DNA of 64,000 nucleotides from Haliotis rufescens (lineage: Eukaryota). Under the pieces are notes generated by a model, which did not search any database, had not been told where the DNA came from, and worked only from the letters and a program-made list of their open reading frames with translations. Below, piece by piece: positions 1 through 14,341 of this stretch (position 1 is its first letter; each line of letters starts with the position of its first letter). The translations under genes were made by a program, and so were the position numbers. The DNA lies in assembly GCF_023055435.1 (NCBI RefSeq), contig NW_025963824.1, positions 30,256,001 to 30,320,000 on the forward strand, in the 5' to 3' direction.

Positions 1-306
1 ACACTGTAGTCTTTGTACAACATTTGTCATCTTTGTTCAACAAGTTGTCATCTTTGTTCAACACGTTGTCATCTTTGTTCAACACGTTGTCATCTCTGTT
101 CAATATGCTGTTGTCATTGTTCACAACTGCAGTCTTTGTTCAACACTGCAATCTTTGTTCAACATTCTGCAATCTTTGTTCAACACCGCAATCTTTGTTC
201 AACACTGTAATCTTTGTTCAACACATTGTCATCTTTGTTCAACACTCTGTAGTCTTTGTTCAACATTCTGCAATCTTTTTTCAACACTGCAATCTTTGTT
301 CAACAC
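1..306. repeat. minisatellite, 19-22-bp unit (atctttgttcaacac...)
   Basis: Direct tandem copies. Confidence 0.9.
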
Positions 307-956
307 CCTGCCGTTTGGTTTACAAATCAGTTCACATAGCCTCGTACAACACTGTACCACTCACTCTACTACACAATAGTTAGTACGGCCGATGTTTTCA
401 CAATGGCCAAGAAAACAGCAATGTATCACTTCAAGGCAGAGAAATAAAAATTGTGACACATTGGCCCTGTGGGAGGAATGAGAAAGGAAAATTTGACAAA
501 CTGACGATTCTATGTGTGTGAAAAGATGGCGCCCCTGTGGCCAGGGCTGTGTTCTGATTGAATTAATACGCCCATGTTGAGCAAGAAAAACACACCCTAT
601 CCATCTAATGCATTTTTGATGATAAGAGTAATGGAAGATCACGGCGACACTTAGTACGACACAAATTGCAATGCAGACATGTTTCGTCGGCTGCCATTAC
701 TTCGCCTACGAGTATGAAGTCAAGTTGTTTTTATAGAAATCTTCTGTCCGAGCAATTTCGGGAAAGAAAATCATTTGGTCAAAGTTTTAAGTTCTGTCTT
801 TGGTGTTTAAGACATTATACAATTCAAACGTTGGTTAAAAACTATTTTATTAACTTGACAGGACTACAACAAAATGTCACTGCAGAAATTTGATATGTCA
901 ACAAAGAATCTAAAACTGCTACTCATGAACTGGAATTGGCATCCTGGTAGTTTCCT

Positions 957-1653
957 TAGCTCTAGATGCTGGGTGTCTGTGACATCAGTTTGCCTGTAGC
1001 TCTAGATGCTGCATGTCTGTGACATCAGTTTGCCCGTAGCTCTAGATGCTGCATGTCTGTGACATCAGTTTGCCTGTAGCTCTAGATGCTGGGTGTCTGT
1101 GACATCAGTTTGCCTGTAGCTCTAGATGCTGGGTGTCTGTGACATCAGTTTGCCTGTAGCTCTAGATGCTGCATGTCTGTGACATCAGTTTGCCTGTAGC
1201 TCTAGATGCTGGGTGTCTGTGACATCAGTTTGCCTGTAGCTCTAGATGCTGGGTGTCTGTGACATCAGTTTGTCTGTAGCTCTAGATGCTGGGTGTCTGT
1301 GACATCAGTTTGCCTGTAGCTCTAGATGCTGGGTGTCTGTGACATCAGTTTGCCTGTAGCTCTAGATGCTGGGTGTCTGTGACATCAGTTTGTCTGTAGC
1401 TCTAGATGCTGGGTGTCTGTGACATCAGTTTGCCTGTAGCTCTAGATGCTGGGTGTCTGTGACATCAGTTTGCCTGTAGCTCTAGATGCTGCATGTCTGT
1501 GACATCAGTTTGCCTGTAGCTCTAGATGCTGCATGTCTGTGACATCAGTTTGCCTGTAGCTCTAGATGCTGCATGTCTGTGACATCAGTTTGCCTGTAGC
1601 TCTAGATGCTGCGTGTCTATGCCATCAGTTTGTCTGTAGCTCTAGATGCTGGG
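957..1653. repeat. minisatellite, 40-bp unit, ~17 copies
   Basis: tagctctagatgctgggtgtctgtgacatcagtttgcctg. Confidence 0.95.
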
Positions 1654-2694
1654 AGTTACTGTCTTGGAGCCTGTGCGAGTTACCCCGACTGGGACAGTCT
1701 GTACGTTTTACAAATAATTAACATTTTTTCAATAACATAACCCACAACAATGATGCTTTCATAGACCTGGAATCGATTTTGCCTGTATATGAAAAAAAAA
1801 TTGATTTTTTTTTCATGAAAAAACGATCTGCTGCTGGTTTTTGACAGAAACTCAACAAAAGCACAAGTCAATTGTGACCTGTGTCTATTTTGATAAAATT
1901 ACGTATTATACACTGGTCAATACACAGCAACACATTGCCCACAAACAGGGAAGATTGATTCACCGATGTGACAAGGTTCGAAACAGGCAGATTTCAATCG
2001 TTAAGAACATATGTGAGAGGGTGCATGCAACACGATGGTTCAAGACCAGCCCGGTATCTGAAATCCTGATGATGGTTTTCCCCCACACACCAGCTGTTGC
2101 GATAATCTGCATCAACTTCCAAACTTGTCCGACAGAAAGATGAACAAGCATGGCAAGATGGCCGAAAAAGGACCCATTTGCAATGCATACAAGCTATATT
2201 GAAAATCGGTGGGTGAAACCCCCTTTTATCACTATAAGGAGATCATTAAAGAGCGATATTTCAGTGCACCAGCTGTTTGTGGAAATGTCGAGTCTGTGCA
2301 CCAGCTTGCCGGGATAATGGCTGTTTAGTTATTCAGCTGCGCATAGACTAGATGGCGTACATCACTACATGATTGTAATAACTTTCTTGTTAACTAGCAC
2401 TGTTTGGTGGTTATGGTTGTGAAGATATGGACAGTGGTGTTGTAAAACATGGGCGATCATAGTGGTGCTTCTAGATAAGTTCATCGATACTGACATACGT
2501 GCAAGTTTTGATGTGTACATTTTATTGGAATACATTGAGGGTATCAGTTACATTGTTAAGCATGGTTGGTGCAATAATTGTCATGGATTGGTGGAAGCTT
2601 CCATGTTTTCTTCCTGTTGAAGCCAAAGCTAAAAAAATGTATTGATGATGTTGTCCTGTTTGGGAGAGATTCCTTGCTCAACTTCTTGTCGTAG

Positions 2695-2832
2695 TGCATG
2701 TCATCGTATCCCAAATGCGTGGATCGATGCACATGATGTCAATCGCAAGATTGTTTGGTCGATTTATTTAGACCACCATCATATTGCTGGAATATTGCTG
2801 AATGCGGTGTTAAACAACCTACAAATAAACAA
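2695..2832 (+). mobile_element. family D 3' fragment
   Basis: gcatgtcatcgtatccca...gctggaatattgctgaatgcggtgttaaacaa. Confidence 0.7.
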
Positions 2833-2848
2833 AGATTCCTTGCTCCCT

Positions 2849-3014
2849 GGGGCGGTGGGAGTAGCCTAGTGGTTAAAGTGTTGGCTCGTCACCGAAGACC
2901 CGGGTCTGATTCCCCACATGGGTACAATGTGTGAAGCGGATTTTTCGGTGTCCCTCGCCGTGCTATTACTGGAATATAGCTAAAAGTGGCCCAAAACCAT
3001 ACTCACTCACTCAC
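2849..3014 (+). mobile_element. tRNA(Asp-like)-derived SINE, family A
   Basis: Box A TAGCCTAGTGG, degenerate box B, (ACTC)n tail, TSD TGCTCCCT. Confidence 0.85.
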
Positions 3015-3094
3015 TGCTCCCTTGCTTGTTGTAAAGCCAACTAGTGATGGGTGGCCACAATGTATCCTGTTGTGTGTGTCATCACACCTCGAGG

Positions 3095-3360
3095 GCCTGT
3101 GAAGGTCCAGGGTAGAATAGGTCTTCAGCAACCAATGCTTACCGTAAAAGGCGACTATGCTTGCCGTAAAAGGCGACTAACGGGATCAGGTGGTCTGGCT
3201 CACTGACTTAGTTGAAGCATGTCATCGATCCCAACTGCATGGATCGATGCTCATGATGTCAATCACTGGATTGTCTGTTCCAGACTCGATTATTTACAGA
3301 CCGCCATCATATAGCTGTAATATTGCTGAATGCGGCGTTAAACAAAAAAAACCAAAACCA
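3095..3360 (+). mobile_element. non-tRNA short retroposon, family D
   Basis: Head gtgaaggtccagggtagaataggtcttcag, duplicated tgctt(a/g)ccgtaaaaggcgacta, tail shared with families A/B. Confidence 0.8.
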
Positions 3361-4627
3361 CTGTCAGATCAGTTCTTCATGCATTGTCATATTCCATCTG
3401 TCGGCTGTCAGAAGCTGGGAGGGCTCCTGAATCTCACTGGAAATCTGAAGATGATACAAATGTAGGTAACAAGATTACTGGGGACTGGCTTCATAATCTC
3501 CCTCATGCTCTGCAAGCTTGATCAAATAATCAATAGTCTTACATAACAGAACGTCAAGATGCAGCAGTTGTGTCACTCCATCCAATCCCTACAGATCTCC
3601 TCCACCCTCCTATCTTCTCCCTGTGCGCCCCTGCCTTCCTCAACAGCTATGATTTTAGGAAGTGATTGTGTTCAAACACACGAGATGATCTATTAATTAC
3701 GCTTGCTTACTTTCCTAACTCCTCGACAGCACCCACACCTACTGCGTTACAAGTGGTTAAGCCTGGGGTTTTCAACGAGCGTTTTTATCAGCATTGGAAG
3801 GTTAATAATATCTTGATAAAGTAATCTGCCAGGTAAAACAAACACACCGTTGACAGTCTGTTTGCCTCCCTTGTAAAGCTGTCATTTTAAACTGATACTG
3901 ATACATCAAGCTTAGAAACAAATTCGGGCTGTAATGGAATGTGTACAAGATCATTGATGAATTGGTCATTACATTGATGGGTGTCAAAATATATATAAAA
4001 AAAGAGAAAATGAAAAAAAGTAAAGACATTGATGTATGGTGTGTTATTTTAAAGAAAACAATCATGCCGCACCAAATGAATTACCATGTGTTACGTTTTT
4101 AAGTTTTTAAATATTCTTTTGCTTGAAACATTTTGATGTAGTTTACCATTTTTAAGAGAAAATTATGCTCTTTAAAATGCATTGCCACATGACCGAAGTT
4201 TGTATGTTAATAAAATAATCATTTTATTGAGACAAAAAGAAACTTGTCAATGACTTTTATCCATCAGATAATGATACATTTGATTAACTTCAATAAAAGC
4301 AAAGAATAACTGCTTGTAATGACTTTGGGTGATTAATCACGGATGTGAATGGAAACATAATTAAGATCAGGCATTATTTCAGAATATTAATTATAGAGAT
4401 GTGTTTGGCTTCCAATTTTTCTTTTAATTTTTTTCGTAATGTTTGAGACTATCTGTACAGTTTAATAACCAAGTTATTGTTAAAATGATATGTTGATAGT
4501 TAGGTTTGCATGTGAGCAGGAGCAGCATATCCTCAGTCACTGAAGAGTTCCTTCAAAGGGACATAACTCTTCTTCTTTCTTTCTTACAACCTTATCAAAC
4601 CCTTATAACACATATCACATGATGAAA

Positions 4628-4984
4628 GGTGAGGTGAGGTGAAATTGGGTTTAACGTCGCGTCCAAGATTATTGCACTTATATAGCGACGTGCATGCACG
4701 TGTATGTGTGTGTGTGGCTGCTTGTACTAGTCCGGACTGATGCCGATTTATAGTGCTAGCTCACTGAGATACCATGCCGCAGTTTAACATGAATACCTCA
4801 CTCAGACACAGTATACTGACTCCGAGCCGACCAGTCCTTGTTTTATCCCCTTAATGCCGAGCGCCAGACAGGGTAACAACAAGTACAATCTTTTAACGTC
4901 TTTTTGTATGACGCGGCCCGGGATCGAACCCTGGACCTTCCGCTCTCCGGGCGGACGCTCTACCACAAGACCACGGAGGCGGTC
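4628..4984 (-). mobile_element. tRNA-derived SINE family C (Meta-domain-like, from memory)
   Basis: Reverse complement of 63656-64000; (CACCT)n tail; 15-bp TSD CACATGATGAAAGGT. Confidence 0.9.
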
Positions 4985-5066
4985 CACATGATGAAAGGTT
5001 TCCAAGACATGATATAACTGATGTGGGTGACAACATATACCTAACACATTGTATAACCAACACAGC

Positions 5067-5696
5067 ATGATATAACTGACACAATGTGATATAACTGACA
5101 CAATGTGATATAACTGACACAATGTGATATAACTGGCACAATGTGATATAACTGACACAATGTGATGATATAACTGACACAATGTGTTATAACTGACACA
5201 ATGTGATATAACTGACACAATGTGATGATATAACTGACAGTGTAATATAACTGGCACAACATGATATAACTGGCACAATGTGATATAACTGAGACAATGT
5301 GATGATATAACTGACAGTGTAATATAACTGGCACAACATGATATAACTGACACAACGTGATATAACTGACACAACGTGATTTAACTGACACAATGTGATA
5401 TAACTGACACAATGTGATATAACTGAGACAATGTGATGATATAACTGACACAACGTGATATAACTGACACAACGTGATATAACTGACACAATGTGATATA
5501 ACTGAGACAATGTGATGATATAACTGACACAATGTGATATAACTGACACAACGTGATTTAACTGACACAATGTGATATAACTGAGACAATGTGATGATAT
5601 AACTGACACAATGTGATATAACTGACACAACGTGATTTAACTGACACAATGTGATATAACTCACACAGTGTGATATAACTGACACAGTGTGATACA
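5067..5696. repeat. minisatellite, 19/22-bp unit
   Basis: gtgatataactgacacaat. Confidence 0.95.
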
Positions 5697-6822
5697 ACAC
5701 ATGATGTTACTCCCACATTATATAACCAACACAGCATGATATAACTGACACATTGTTATATAACTGACACCACATGATACGACACATAATGTAGCTGACA
5801 CTATGTTATGTTACCACAATGATATATAACTGACATTGTTGGGTAAAACTTAACTCACTCACTAAATACCTCATTGTAGATGGGCATATTATGTTGAATA
5901 TGGTACACATGACTCCCATATTCTTTATTCTACAGATAAAAGTAAATAAGTTTTTAATTTTTAAAGAGATATTTATTATATATATAAATTTATTATAAAA
6001 TTTTTGTTTCCTGTGGTGCTCAAGAACCAAAGATGACCGATCAATTACTTGATCAGATTTAAGTTTCAAATACTTATCATTCCTTTAATTTCTGATCTTT
6101 TAACCCAAATAAACCTTTGAATAATTTCATAAAAGCTCTTCAATAAAGAAGTTGTATATTTCATGACAGTTATGAGATGTTTTTTTCTAATCTATTCTCA
6201 ACCCTTCCAGTGAAAGAAAGAAACTTTCCATTAAATGTCGATTAGATAAAATTGATGATGCAATCAGCCTGTTGTTAATCGGGAGATGCAAGAAATTTTG
6301 CTTGCGGAAATCCGGCATGCATTTGGTGAACACTCTGTATCATAAATCAGAGAGATTTATCTGGAGATAGATGGTGTTCTTAGCGAGGCCGCTTGAGACA
6401 AAATTTGTAAGCTGTCAACTTGAGTGAAACTTGGCTTTGGTTTTGTGATCATTCACTGAATCGTAAGGGTGCCAGCAAAGAGAATTATTTCTCTTTTGGA
6501 GTGAGATTGTGTCTCGTTTGACAGGGCAGGTTAAATCATTCCAGGGTCGGTGTGTGTGTGTGCCTTGATGGTTTATGAAGGAGGGAGGGGAAGGGGAAGG
6601 GGGAGGGGAAGGGGGAGGGGGAGGGAGGGACAACCATTACAATTTCAACTCAGTATTTGTATTAACCTCAAATACGTTTTAAATTTGTTCAATATTTACT
6701 TTGTTTTTATTTCATTTTTTCTTATATTTTAATCATGTTCATTTTATTTTTCAATTTCTTGATTTGTCTTTTATTTCACTTTTGAAACTACAATTCGCCA
6801 AGAGTAATATGAGATGGACTGC

Positions 6823-6980
6823 AGGTCGGTCGGATAGACTAGTGGTTAAAGTGTTAGCTTGTTACGCGTGACCCGGGTTCGATTCCCAACATGGGTACAA
6901 TGTGTGAAGCCAATTTCTCATGTACCTGCCGTGATATTGCTGGAATATTGCTAAATGTGGCGTAAAACCATACTCACTCA
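6823..6980 (+). mobile_element. SINE family A
   Basis: GGGTTCGATTCCC box B, same body and tail, TSD AGATGGACTGC. Confidence 0.85.
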
Positions 6981-7744
6981 GATGGACTGCTGTACCTCTG
7001 TCAGCAGATCCTGCAGCCATGTGGATACAGTGTTCGCTCATCATGCTGAAGTCCTGTGTTCAGTTCCCTATTGGGATACACTGACACCCCTTCATGTTGG
7101 TTACACTGAGCCATTGTATTGCAGGAACAATGTTTTTTTCTGTCAATGTTTATGACATGTCTGACCACAAGGCTTCCAGGGGACATAACTCTGTTTACCT
7201 TCTACAGATGCATTGTGGGACATGTTTTGTACCATGTATTTCAAATCAGACGTTTATTGGTGTACTTACATAAGGAAATAATAATTGACTTTGAAATTTT
7301 GAAATTTAAATTGTTTGAGGTTTGCTTCATAGCATCAGGGATGTGTGAAGATATCCAGTGTTAAATAAGAGGGATATCCCGTTATGGTTATCAGCTAAAA
7401 ATAGAGAGATGAGAATAATTGTGATCTAGATTAACAGATCATCAAAGCGCCTTGATAAATGTTTGTGTGCTAAAATATTCTTGTTTCATTCTGGCAATTT
7501 CGGTAATGAACATGTTTAGAAATAAAATCAGATCTGTCGACACATTGTGACTGACAAATAAAAGTGGACAGACTCTGAAAGGATGACATGGAATTTTTTT
7601 ATGTCAAATTGTTTGTGTAATTAACTTGTATGGATTAGTTTCCCCTTTGGGAAGTGATCATGACATGTGAAGAGAATGGTTTTTCATGTTCTGTCAAAAT
7701 TGTCACCACCAGCTGCCTTTTTTACAACATTTTCACCACTTTAG

Positions 7745-7927
7745 ACCTACCTGTAACGAGGTACCTGTCTTGACGTACCTCTTTCGACGTACCTGTTTTG
7801 ACGTACCTGTAATGAGGTACCTGATTTGACGTACCTGTTTCGACGTACCTGTTACTACGTACCTGTTTCGAGGTACCTGTTACGACGTACCTGTTCGACA
7901 TACCTGTTTCGAGGTACCTATTTCGAC
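7745..7927. repeat. minisatellite, ~15-bp unit
   Basis: gacgtacctgtttc variants. Confidence 0.85.
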
Positions 7928-9588
7928 ACGAGAAATTTATTTACACGAGGGTGATGTGTAACTGGTTTTCTGATTAAACTCACAATGCCCAATTAGAAAT
8001 ATTTTAGAAAAGTAGTTAGAAACGTTATAGAATTTTCAGTACTTTGGTTAAGATCAATTTTCTAAAAGAATAAGCTAAGCCTCTTGAAGTTAATTTAGGC
8101 AATTATGTTTTATATTTCTATTATGTTCAGGAACAAGCTGGTAACAACTAGTGGCTTCTGCCGGTCGGGCTCTTCACACAGAGGAATCGATTGAAAACAA
8201 ATTGAATTAAAGTTGCATCCATTTGCCTAAAAGGATTTCGTTCTTCATTGAAATATCCGAATTTTTGGTGGGAGCTCCTTAATTGTCTTGAACCGTTTCC
8301 CACACAACTGTTATTAGTTAACCTGATGCATGATTTGTGTGGCGTTTGCCTCAATATGCTTCATTACGTCGGCTTATCCTGAATAGTTAGCAATTAAATA
8401 TTGTAATGGTCTTTCTGTGATCAAAGACTTCTCACAATTTGAGAGAAAAAGTCCTTGATGTTGTCTTAACCAGATGATCGATTAATGATTCTGATTTCTG
8501 ACTTAACACGTCTTTGTTTATGCATAAGTACAGCAATACAATGAAGATTTGATTCAATATGAAAACAGAAGGGTTTTTTTGGTCAGTTGAAGACATGTGC
8601 TCGTGCCAGGTTTTCAAAAACACAGCTCATAAAATGTATGAAAGACCCATCCACGCTGGCTCCATTTCCAAGCTGCCATGGCCAAAATGATTTAGTTGGT
8701 TGTCGGGAAGTAGTATAATAAATCTGGGGCTAAACTCTGGTGTAACACTGTTATAGAATGCACATCATCTCCTTGTCGGGGAGGCCGCGGTTACTAAACA
8801 GGCTGTCTTGTTGCATACTGTCTCTGGCCGATGTGTACACTTGCATCAGACGGTCTTCCTTCGTAATATATCCATAGAACGTCAAACTCGTCAGCCATGA
8901 CTGATTTTGGTGTTTGCTTAAGGGGACATCAAGACATTTTGATAAAAACCGATGGCATTCGAGGCTTTGGCTCGGCACATTTCGTTCAATATTGCTATTG
9001 ATTCAGCAATTCTGGTCCAAATTGAACAAGGACCCCCGCACGCTTTCTGGCAACTCCCGTGGAAATTTGGCGGGGGCTACGGAGGGTGCTTCCCTGGCCC
9101 TGGTCGCTGTAAGCTATGATGAAGGAATATGAAGGATTAACTGGGAGGTTTGTCAGCATGCAGCTCGGACCCTCCAGGCCTAATTTCCGTTTTCGTTAAC
9201 CGTCCATATTTGACAGGACAGAATCCCGGGAACTTTGGAGTCAAATGTGGATGCCTGGTCCAAATCCTGGCATTGTCGTCTCAAGTCGGATTCTGTTTGA
9301 GTTTTCCTCAATTATATCCCACAATGCACTTTGTTTGGTGTCGGAGGTTCGGCGGTATGACGTGTATTAATCTTCCATCTGAGGACACTGTGGTGGAGTG
9401 GGTTTAATGAAATTATTAAAGATGAGAAGGAATACTATTGTCCCTGTACCTTGCAATCTGATTGGCTGTTTGCTATCACATATTGCTGTTTGGATAGATG
9501 TGGTTTGCGGTTACTTTATGTCAGTTAATCCTATTCCAACTGGGCTGGTTGGGGCAACTCTGTCTGGCTTAACAGGCTTCCTTCCGGA

Positions 9589-10045
9589 GAATTAATAAGA
9601 ATAATAAGGATGATATAATTGAAAGCTATGATGATATTCATAATTCTGATGATGATGATGATGATGAGAATTATTCAGAATAATAAGGATGATATAATTG
9701 AAAGCTATGATGATATTCATAATTCTGATGATGATGATGATGAGAATTATTCAGAATAATAAGGATGATATAATTGAAAGCTATGATGATATTCATAATT
9801 CTGATGATGATGATAATTATTATTCAGAATAATAAGGATGATATAATTGAAAGCTATGATGATATTCATAATTCTGATGATGATGATGAGAATTATTCAG
9901 AATAATAAGGATGATATAATTGAAAGCTATGATGATATTCATAATTCTGATGATGATGATGATGATGATGATGAGAATTATTCAGAATAATAAGGATGAT
10001 ATAATTGAAAGCTATGATGATATTCATGATGATGATGATGATGAT
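9589..10045. repeat. ~75-bp tandem repeat with variable (GAT)n, ~6 copies
   Basis: gaattattcagaataataaggatgatataattgaaagctatgatg... Confidence 0.9.
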
Positions 10046-10319
10046 GGTGCTGCTGGTATGATGACGATGGTGCTGCTGGTATGATGATGATGGTGCTGAT
10101 GATAACGTTATTAAAAACATAATGATAATATTGGTGGTGGTAGTGGTGGGAGGGGGGGGGTAGATGGGGGTAGATGATGATGATGATTTTATGGTTATAA
10201 TGATCATTATTAGGATGATGATATTCACAATTCGGGCGATGGTGATGATATTATAGAATACAAAATATTCAGTATAAATCGTGTATGGAAGTTTTGCAGC
10301 TGAAAGGGTCTGGTTTAAT

Positions 10320-10633
10320 CCGGAGAGCGGAAGGTCCGGGGTTCGATCCCCGGCCGCGTCATACCGAAGATGTTAAAAGATGGTGCTCGTTGTTACCCTG
10401 TCTGGCGCTCGGCATTAAGGGGCTAAAACAAGGACTGGTCGGCTCGGAGTCAGTATACTGTGTCTGAGTGGGGTATTCATGTTAAACTGCGGCATGGTAT
10501 CTCAGTGTGCTAGCACTATAAATCGGCATCAGTCCGGACTAGAACAAGCAGCCACACACACACACACGTGCATGCACGTCGCTATATAAGTGCAATAATC
10601 TTGGACGCGAAGTTAAACCCAATTTCACCTCAC
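10320..10633 (+). mobile_element. SINE family C, 5'-truncated
   Basis: Near identical to the 4628 and 63656 copies. Confidence 0.9.
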
Positions 10634-11695
10634 CACATTTGGGTAGTATGCGTTAAAACTAACCTGTCTGAAATGGGTTTCAGGTTACTTGGGACATTGT
10701 ATTTTTATATATAATTTTAAAAATAAATCTTTGTTAATTTATAGATCTTTATTTAAGTGTCTCTACAGTTTTGTAAAAAAATTAGATATTTCTCTTCAAC
10801 AGTTTGGGGCAGAACATTTCTTTCTCAAGACAAGACTTTTTTCTCATTTTTATTTTGCAATAATAAGGTAGAAAACCATCAATAAATGTCTGAGGAATTT
10901 CAAAGATTTGACAAAACATTTCCATGTCAGAAAACTATTGATTTGTAATATGCAATAATATCCGTTGTAACTCGGTACAACTTGTCAAACAGGCGAGTAT
11001 GCACTTGATGCATCTGTAACGCAAACTATGCGCTTCCATCAGCTTGTAAGAGAACGGTTGCCCTGACGATGATTGACGGTTGTCTGTGAAATTGATTCAA
11101 ACGTCGTCATTGCTTCTTCTTTTGAAAAAGTCTCAGTACATAGGGGCACTACATACATTAACCCTCTACCAGCCAACTCATTGAGGAGAGATTCAAATAA
11201 TCCGATCTTTCGATAGACGTGGGACATGCTTTAGAATTATGGGTAACATTTTGAGAAACAAGTTCTATGGGCAATGGCGATAAAGACTTGTCACCGTTCT
11301 CTGAATGTTTTTGCTTTTCACATCTTAAAGTGTTAAGATGAGGATGAGTTGAAATCAATTTGGTTTGGGAATCGCGACACTCATTATGCTTTTGTCCTGC
11401 TCTCGTCACTTGCGAACGACAATTTGAATGAAATTGACGACTTTTTCTCATTAAAACCTCCGTTGGAATTGAATGACAGTTTGTTTTTTGGGACATGCTT
11501 GTAACAGCTTTTAACTTTTGGTTGATTGTTGAGTTGATTGCCTGGAATTAACAAACTAATAATGGCGTATTGTTTCAACTGATGGCGATGAATGGGTAGA
11601 TATCTTATTCCGAACCTCACAGAAAACTAAATGTGGTGATGTCTTATGTTGATAATTGTAAGATCTGTGTGGAGATGTTTGTCTTGGCTGGAAAG

Positions 11696-11977
11696 GAGTG
11701 AGTGAGTGAGTTGGGTTTAACGCCGCTTTTAACAGTATTCCAGTAATATCGCGGCGTTTCAGCTTAATGTGGGAGGAAAGCCCGAAGGGATGCAGGTCTC
11801 AGACGTTTACCACTTCGGTGAAACCCACGAGCACGGGTATGGTGCTGACAAACCTAGAAACATAATTGGGGCGAACCGGGATTCGAACCCACAATCATAG
11901 GTTTCTGGCGTGCCCAAGGGACGCAACTCTGCACAGCGAATCGCGGCGCCTTAGACGACTGGGCCACCTGTGCCCCC
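11696..11977 (-). mobile_element. tRNA-derived SINE family B (V-domain-like tttcctcccaca motif)
   Basis: Reverse complement of 17552-17836; 15-bp TSD CTTGGCTGGAAAGGA. Confidence 0.9.
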
Positions 11978-12040
11978 CTTGGCTGGAAAGGAAATCAAGG
12001 TAGCAACAAACTCGCTCGCTAACCCGAATAACCAAGATCA

Positions 12041-12389
12041 GCCAACCCGCCGGTCTGCTCACCTGCCTGCCACCCCAACCACCAAAAATGTCTATCCGCC
12101 AACCCGCCGGTCTGCTCACCTGCCTGCCACCCCACCCACCAAAAATGTCTGTCTGCCAACCCGCCGGTCTGCTCACCTGCCTGCCACCCCACCCACCAAA
12201 AATGTCTGTCCGTCAACTCGCTGGTCTGCTCACCTGCCTGCCACCCCACCCACCAAAAATGTCTGTCTGCCAACCCGCCGGTCTGCTCACCTGCCTGCCA
12301 CCCCACCCACCAAAAATGTCTGTCCGCGAACCCGCCGGTCTGCTCACCTGCCTGCCACCCCACCCACCAAAAATGTCTGTCTGCCAACC
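12041..12389. repeat. 57-bp tandem repeat, 6 copies
   Basis: gccaacccgccggtctgctcacctgcctgccaccccacccaccaaaaatgtctgtct. Confidence 0.95.
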
Positions 12390-14341
12390 TGATGCTTCTA
12401 CGGGCTTATACACAGTACAACGGTACAGTCAGGTTGACATGTTCAGAACATGGCTCTACTGGTCAAAGATTGTAAAAGTGTAAAAGTAGTTTGCAACATG
12501 CAATCATTACGAACATTTCAAGAACTCTCTTTGTATCCATTAAAACTCCTCCTTGTCAGAGCAGAGTCTTTTTTCAAAGATTTTTTGGATTTTTTAGTTC
12601 CCTGATGGTGTATTCCTGTTGCAACACTGGCTTAATCATGGATTCTTTCATCTGGTTCTGGAGAGTCTTTGATTCATTGGCGCCTTATAATCGGTCTTTG
12701 TAAATTTACCAAGGGCCCATTATTGCCACCTGTGTGTAACTGGCACACCACGAGCACTTCATCTTGTCGTTATAACGATCATCGATGTCTCATTTCCGTC
12801 CAAAATGATCCTTTGCTCCTCTTATTGTCCTTTTTCGGGGGACAAAATATTCCCCTTCGATTTAGTTGTCAAATTATGAAATTTTGATGGATGTCTGTTG
12901 GCCTTCAAGCCACAAAGAATGAATGTAATCACTTTGAACTGTGCACTCTCACAGCTGATACCATTAAAAAATTGGAAGATCTTTCTGTTATAATGGTTTG
13001 AACATTTTTGTTTAAAGATAGGATTTAAGAATTTTTGAAATGAGATGATAAGTTCTATTTGAGAGTCGCAGTTTGATAAAGAGCACTTTTACTGAAAGCA
13101 AGTATATAGCAATTGTGAATTCTTCAGTGGAATTGTAATTAAAAGTGTTCTCCTTAACTTTCAACAAGGTCAGATGTAAAATTAATGCGCAACATATTCC
13201 TCAGTTTGGTTATGCTTCCACTTCAGTGATCTTTCTAAATTCTTCAACAGTCTGAGTGCGAAGAATGTGCAGTTAATGCATTTTTGTGTGAGGAGTTTTC
13301 AAAAATTCAAAGCTCCGTTTTTCTTCAAGTCTCAAATTTTGAAGTGGAATTAAGAACAACTGAACTAATTTTCAAAAGGCATTTGTCTTCTTCTCGGTAG
13401 GTTATAAAGATTTTGATCATTTTTTCCCACAATGCAATTGGTGGCTCACCCGACAGGAGATTAGCTGCAGCATTGAATTAGATTAGAAAAAATCTCTTTA
13501 AACCTTCACTCAGATTTTTCCACTCTGAAAATTCCTGTAAAGTGCATTCATTAGATGGTGCAGGATTGTTCTTTGGAAATAATTAGCATTACCAGTTTCT
13601 GATAGACCTCGCTGTGTCTAACTATATTCTGATTCCTTCACAGCAGGGTGTAAATTGATTATCGTAACGTTGGCGGTTGACATCGGCGGTGTTTTCCGTC
13701 AGCACCGACGTCCCTACCAGCGCCGATGCTGTGCCAGTCTCCCTATAGTAAATTACACCCATAACTGCAGAAAGTCCTGTCTAACGGGAGAGGCCATGTT
13801 TTGATGACTCGACCTTATTGCTGCATATGGTACTTGGCGTGGGGACCAGCTGCCCGCCAGGGGGGAAAATTGGGATTTTATTGGTGATAGCAATTTCCAG
13901 CCACCTCATGCAGCCATTGTTTCTATTTTAAGTTGATCTGGTCAAGATACTTTGTTTAGACAATTTCCGTTTATTGCGAAGTCTGGTGGAGTTTTGGAAG
14001 TGGCCCATCTGAACGGGTCTTGTTGTTTATTCCAGTATAAACTCCCTGCACAGAATGGAGCTGTTTGGAGCCCGAGGAAACAATCTGTGCTGTGTTAGTC
14101 TGAGATATAAGACTGGGCTTGGGGGATGTAGAAGTCATTATCTGGTGTCCACTCTTGGGGATTGTAATCTTCTTTTTAAAGAGAAAACTAGGGTTCAGTC
14201 CCCGGTGTAATTGTAATCGTCACAGGGGACAGATGGGGATGGATTGAGGACGCCTGCTAACATACGCCTATCGGGACACTTGACAGTGTGTCGTAAGAGA
14301 TGGGTGACTCAGACAGAATGTGTCGTAAGAGACATCTTCTT

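Noticed and set aside
13847-13868. CTCF-like motifs (also 16425, 48714)
   Set aside because: Each misses core consensus positions; unsupported without chromatin data
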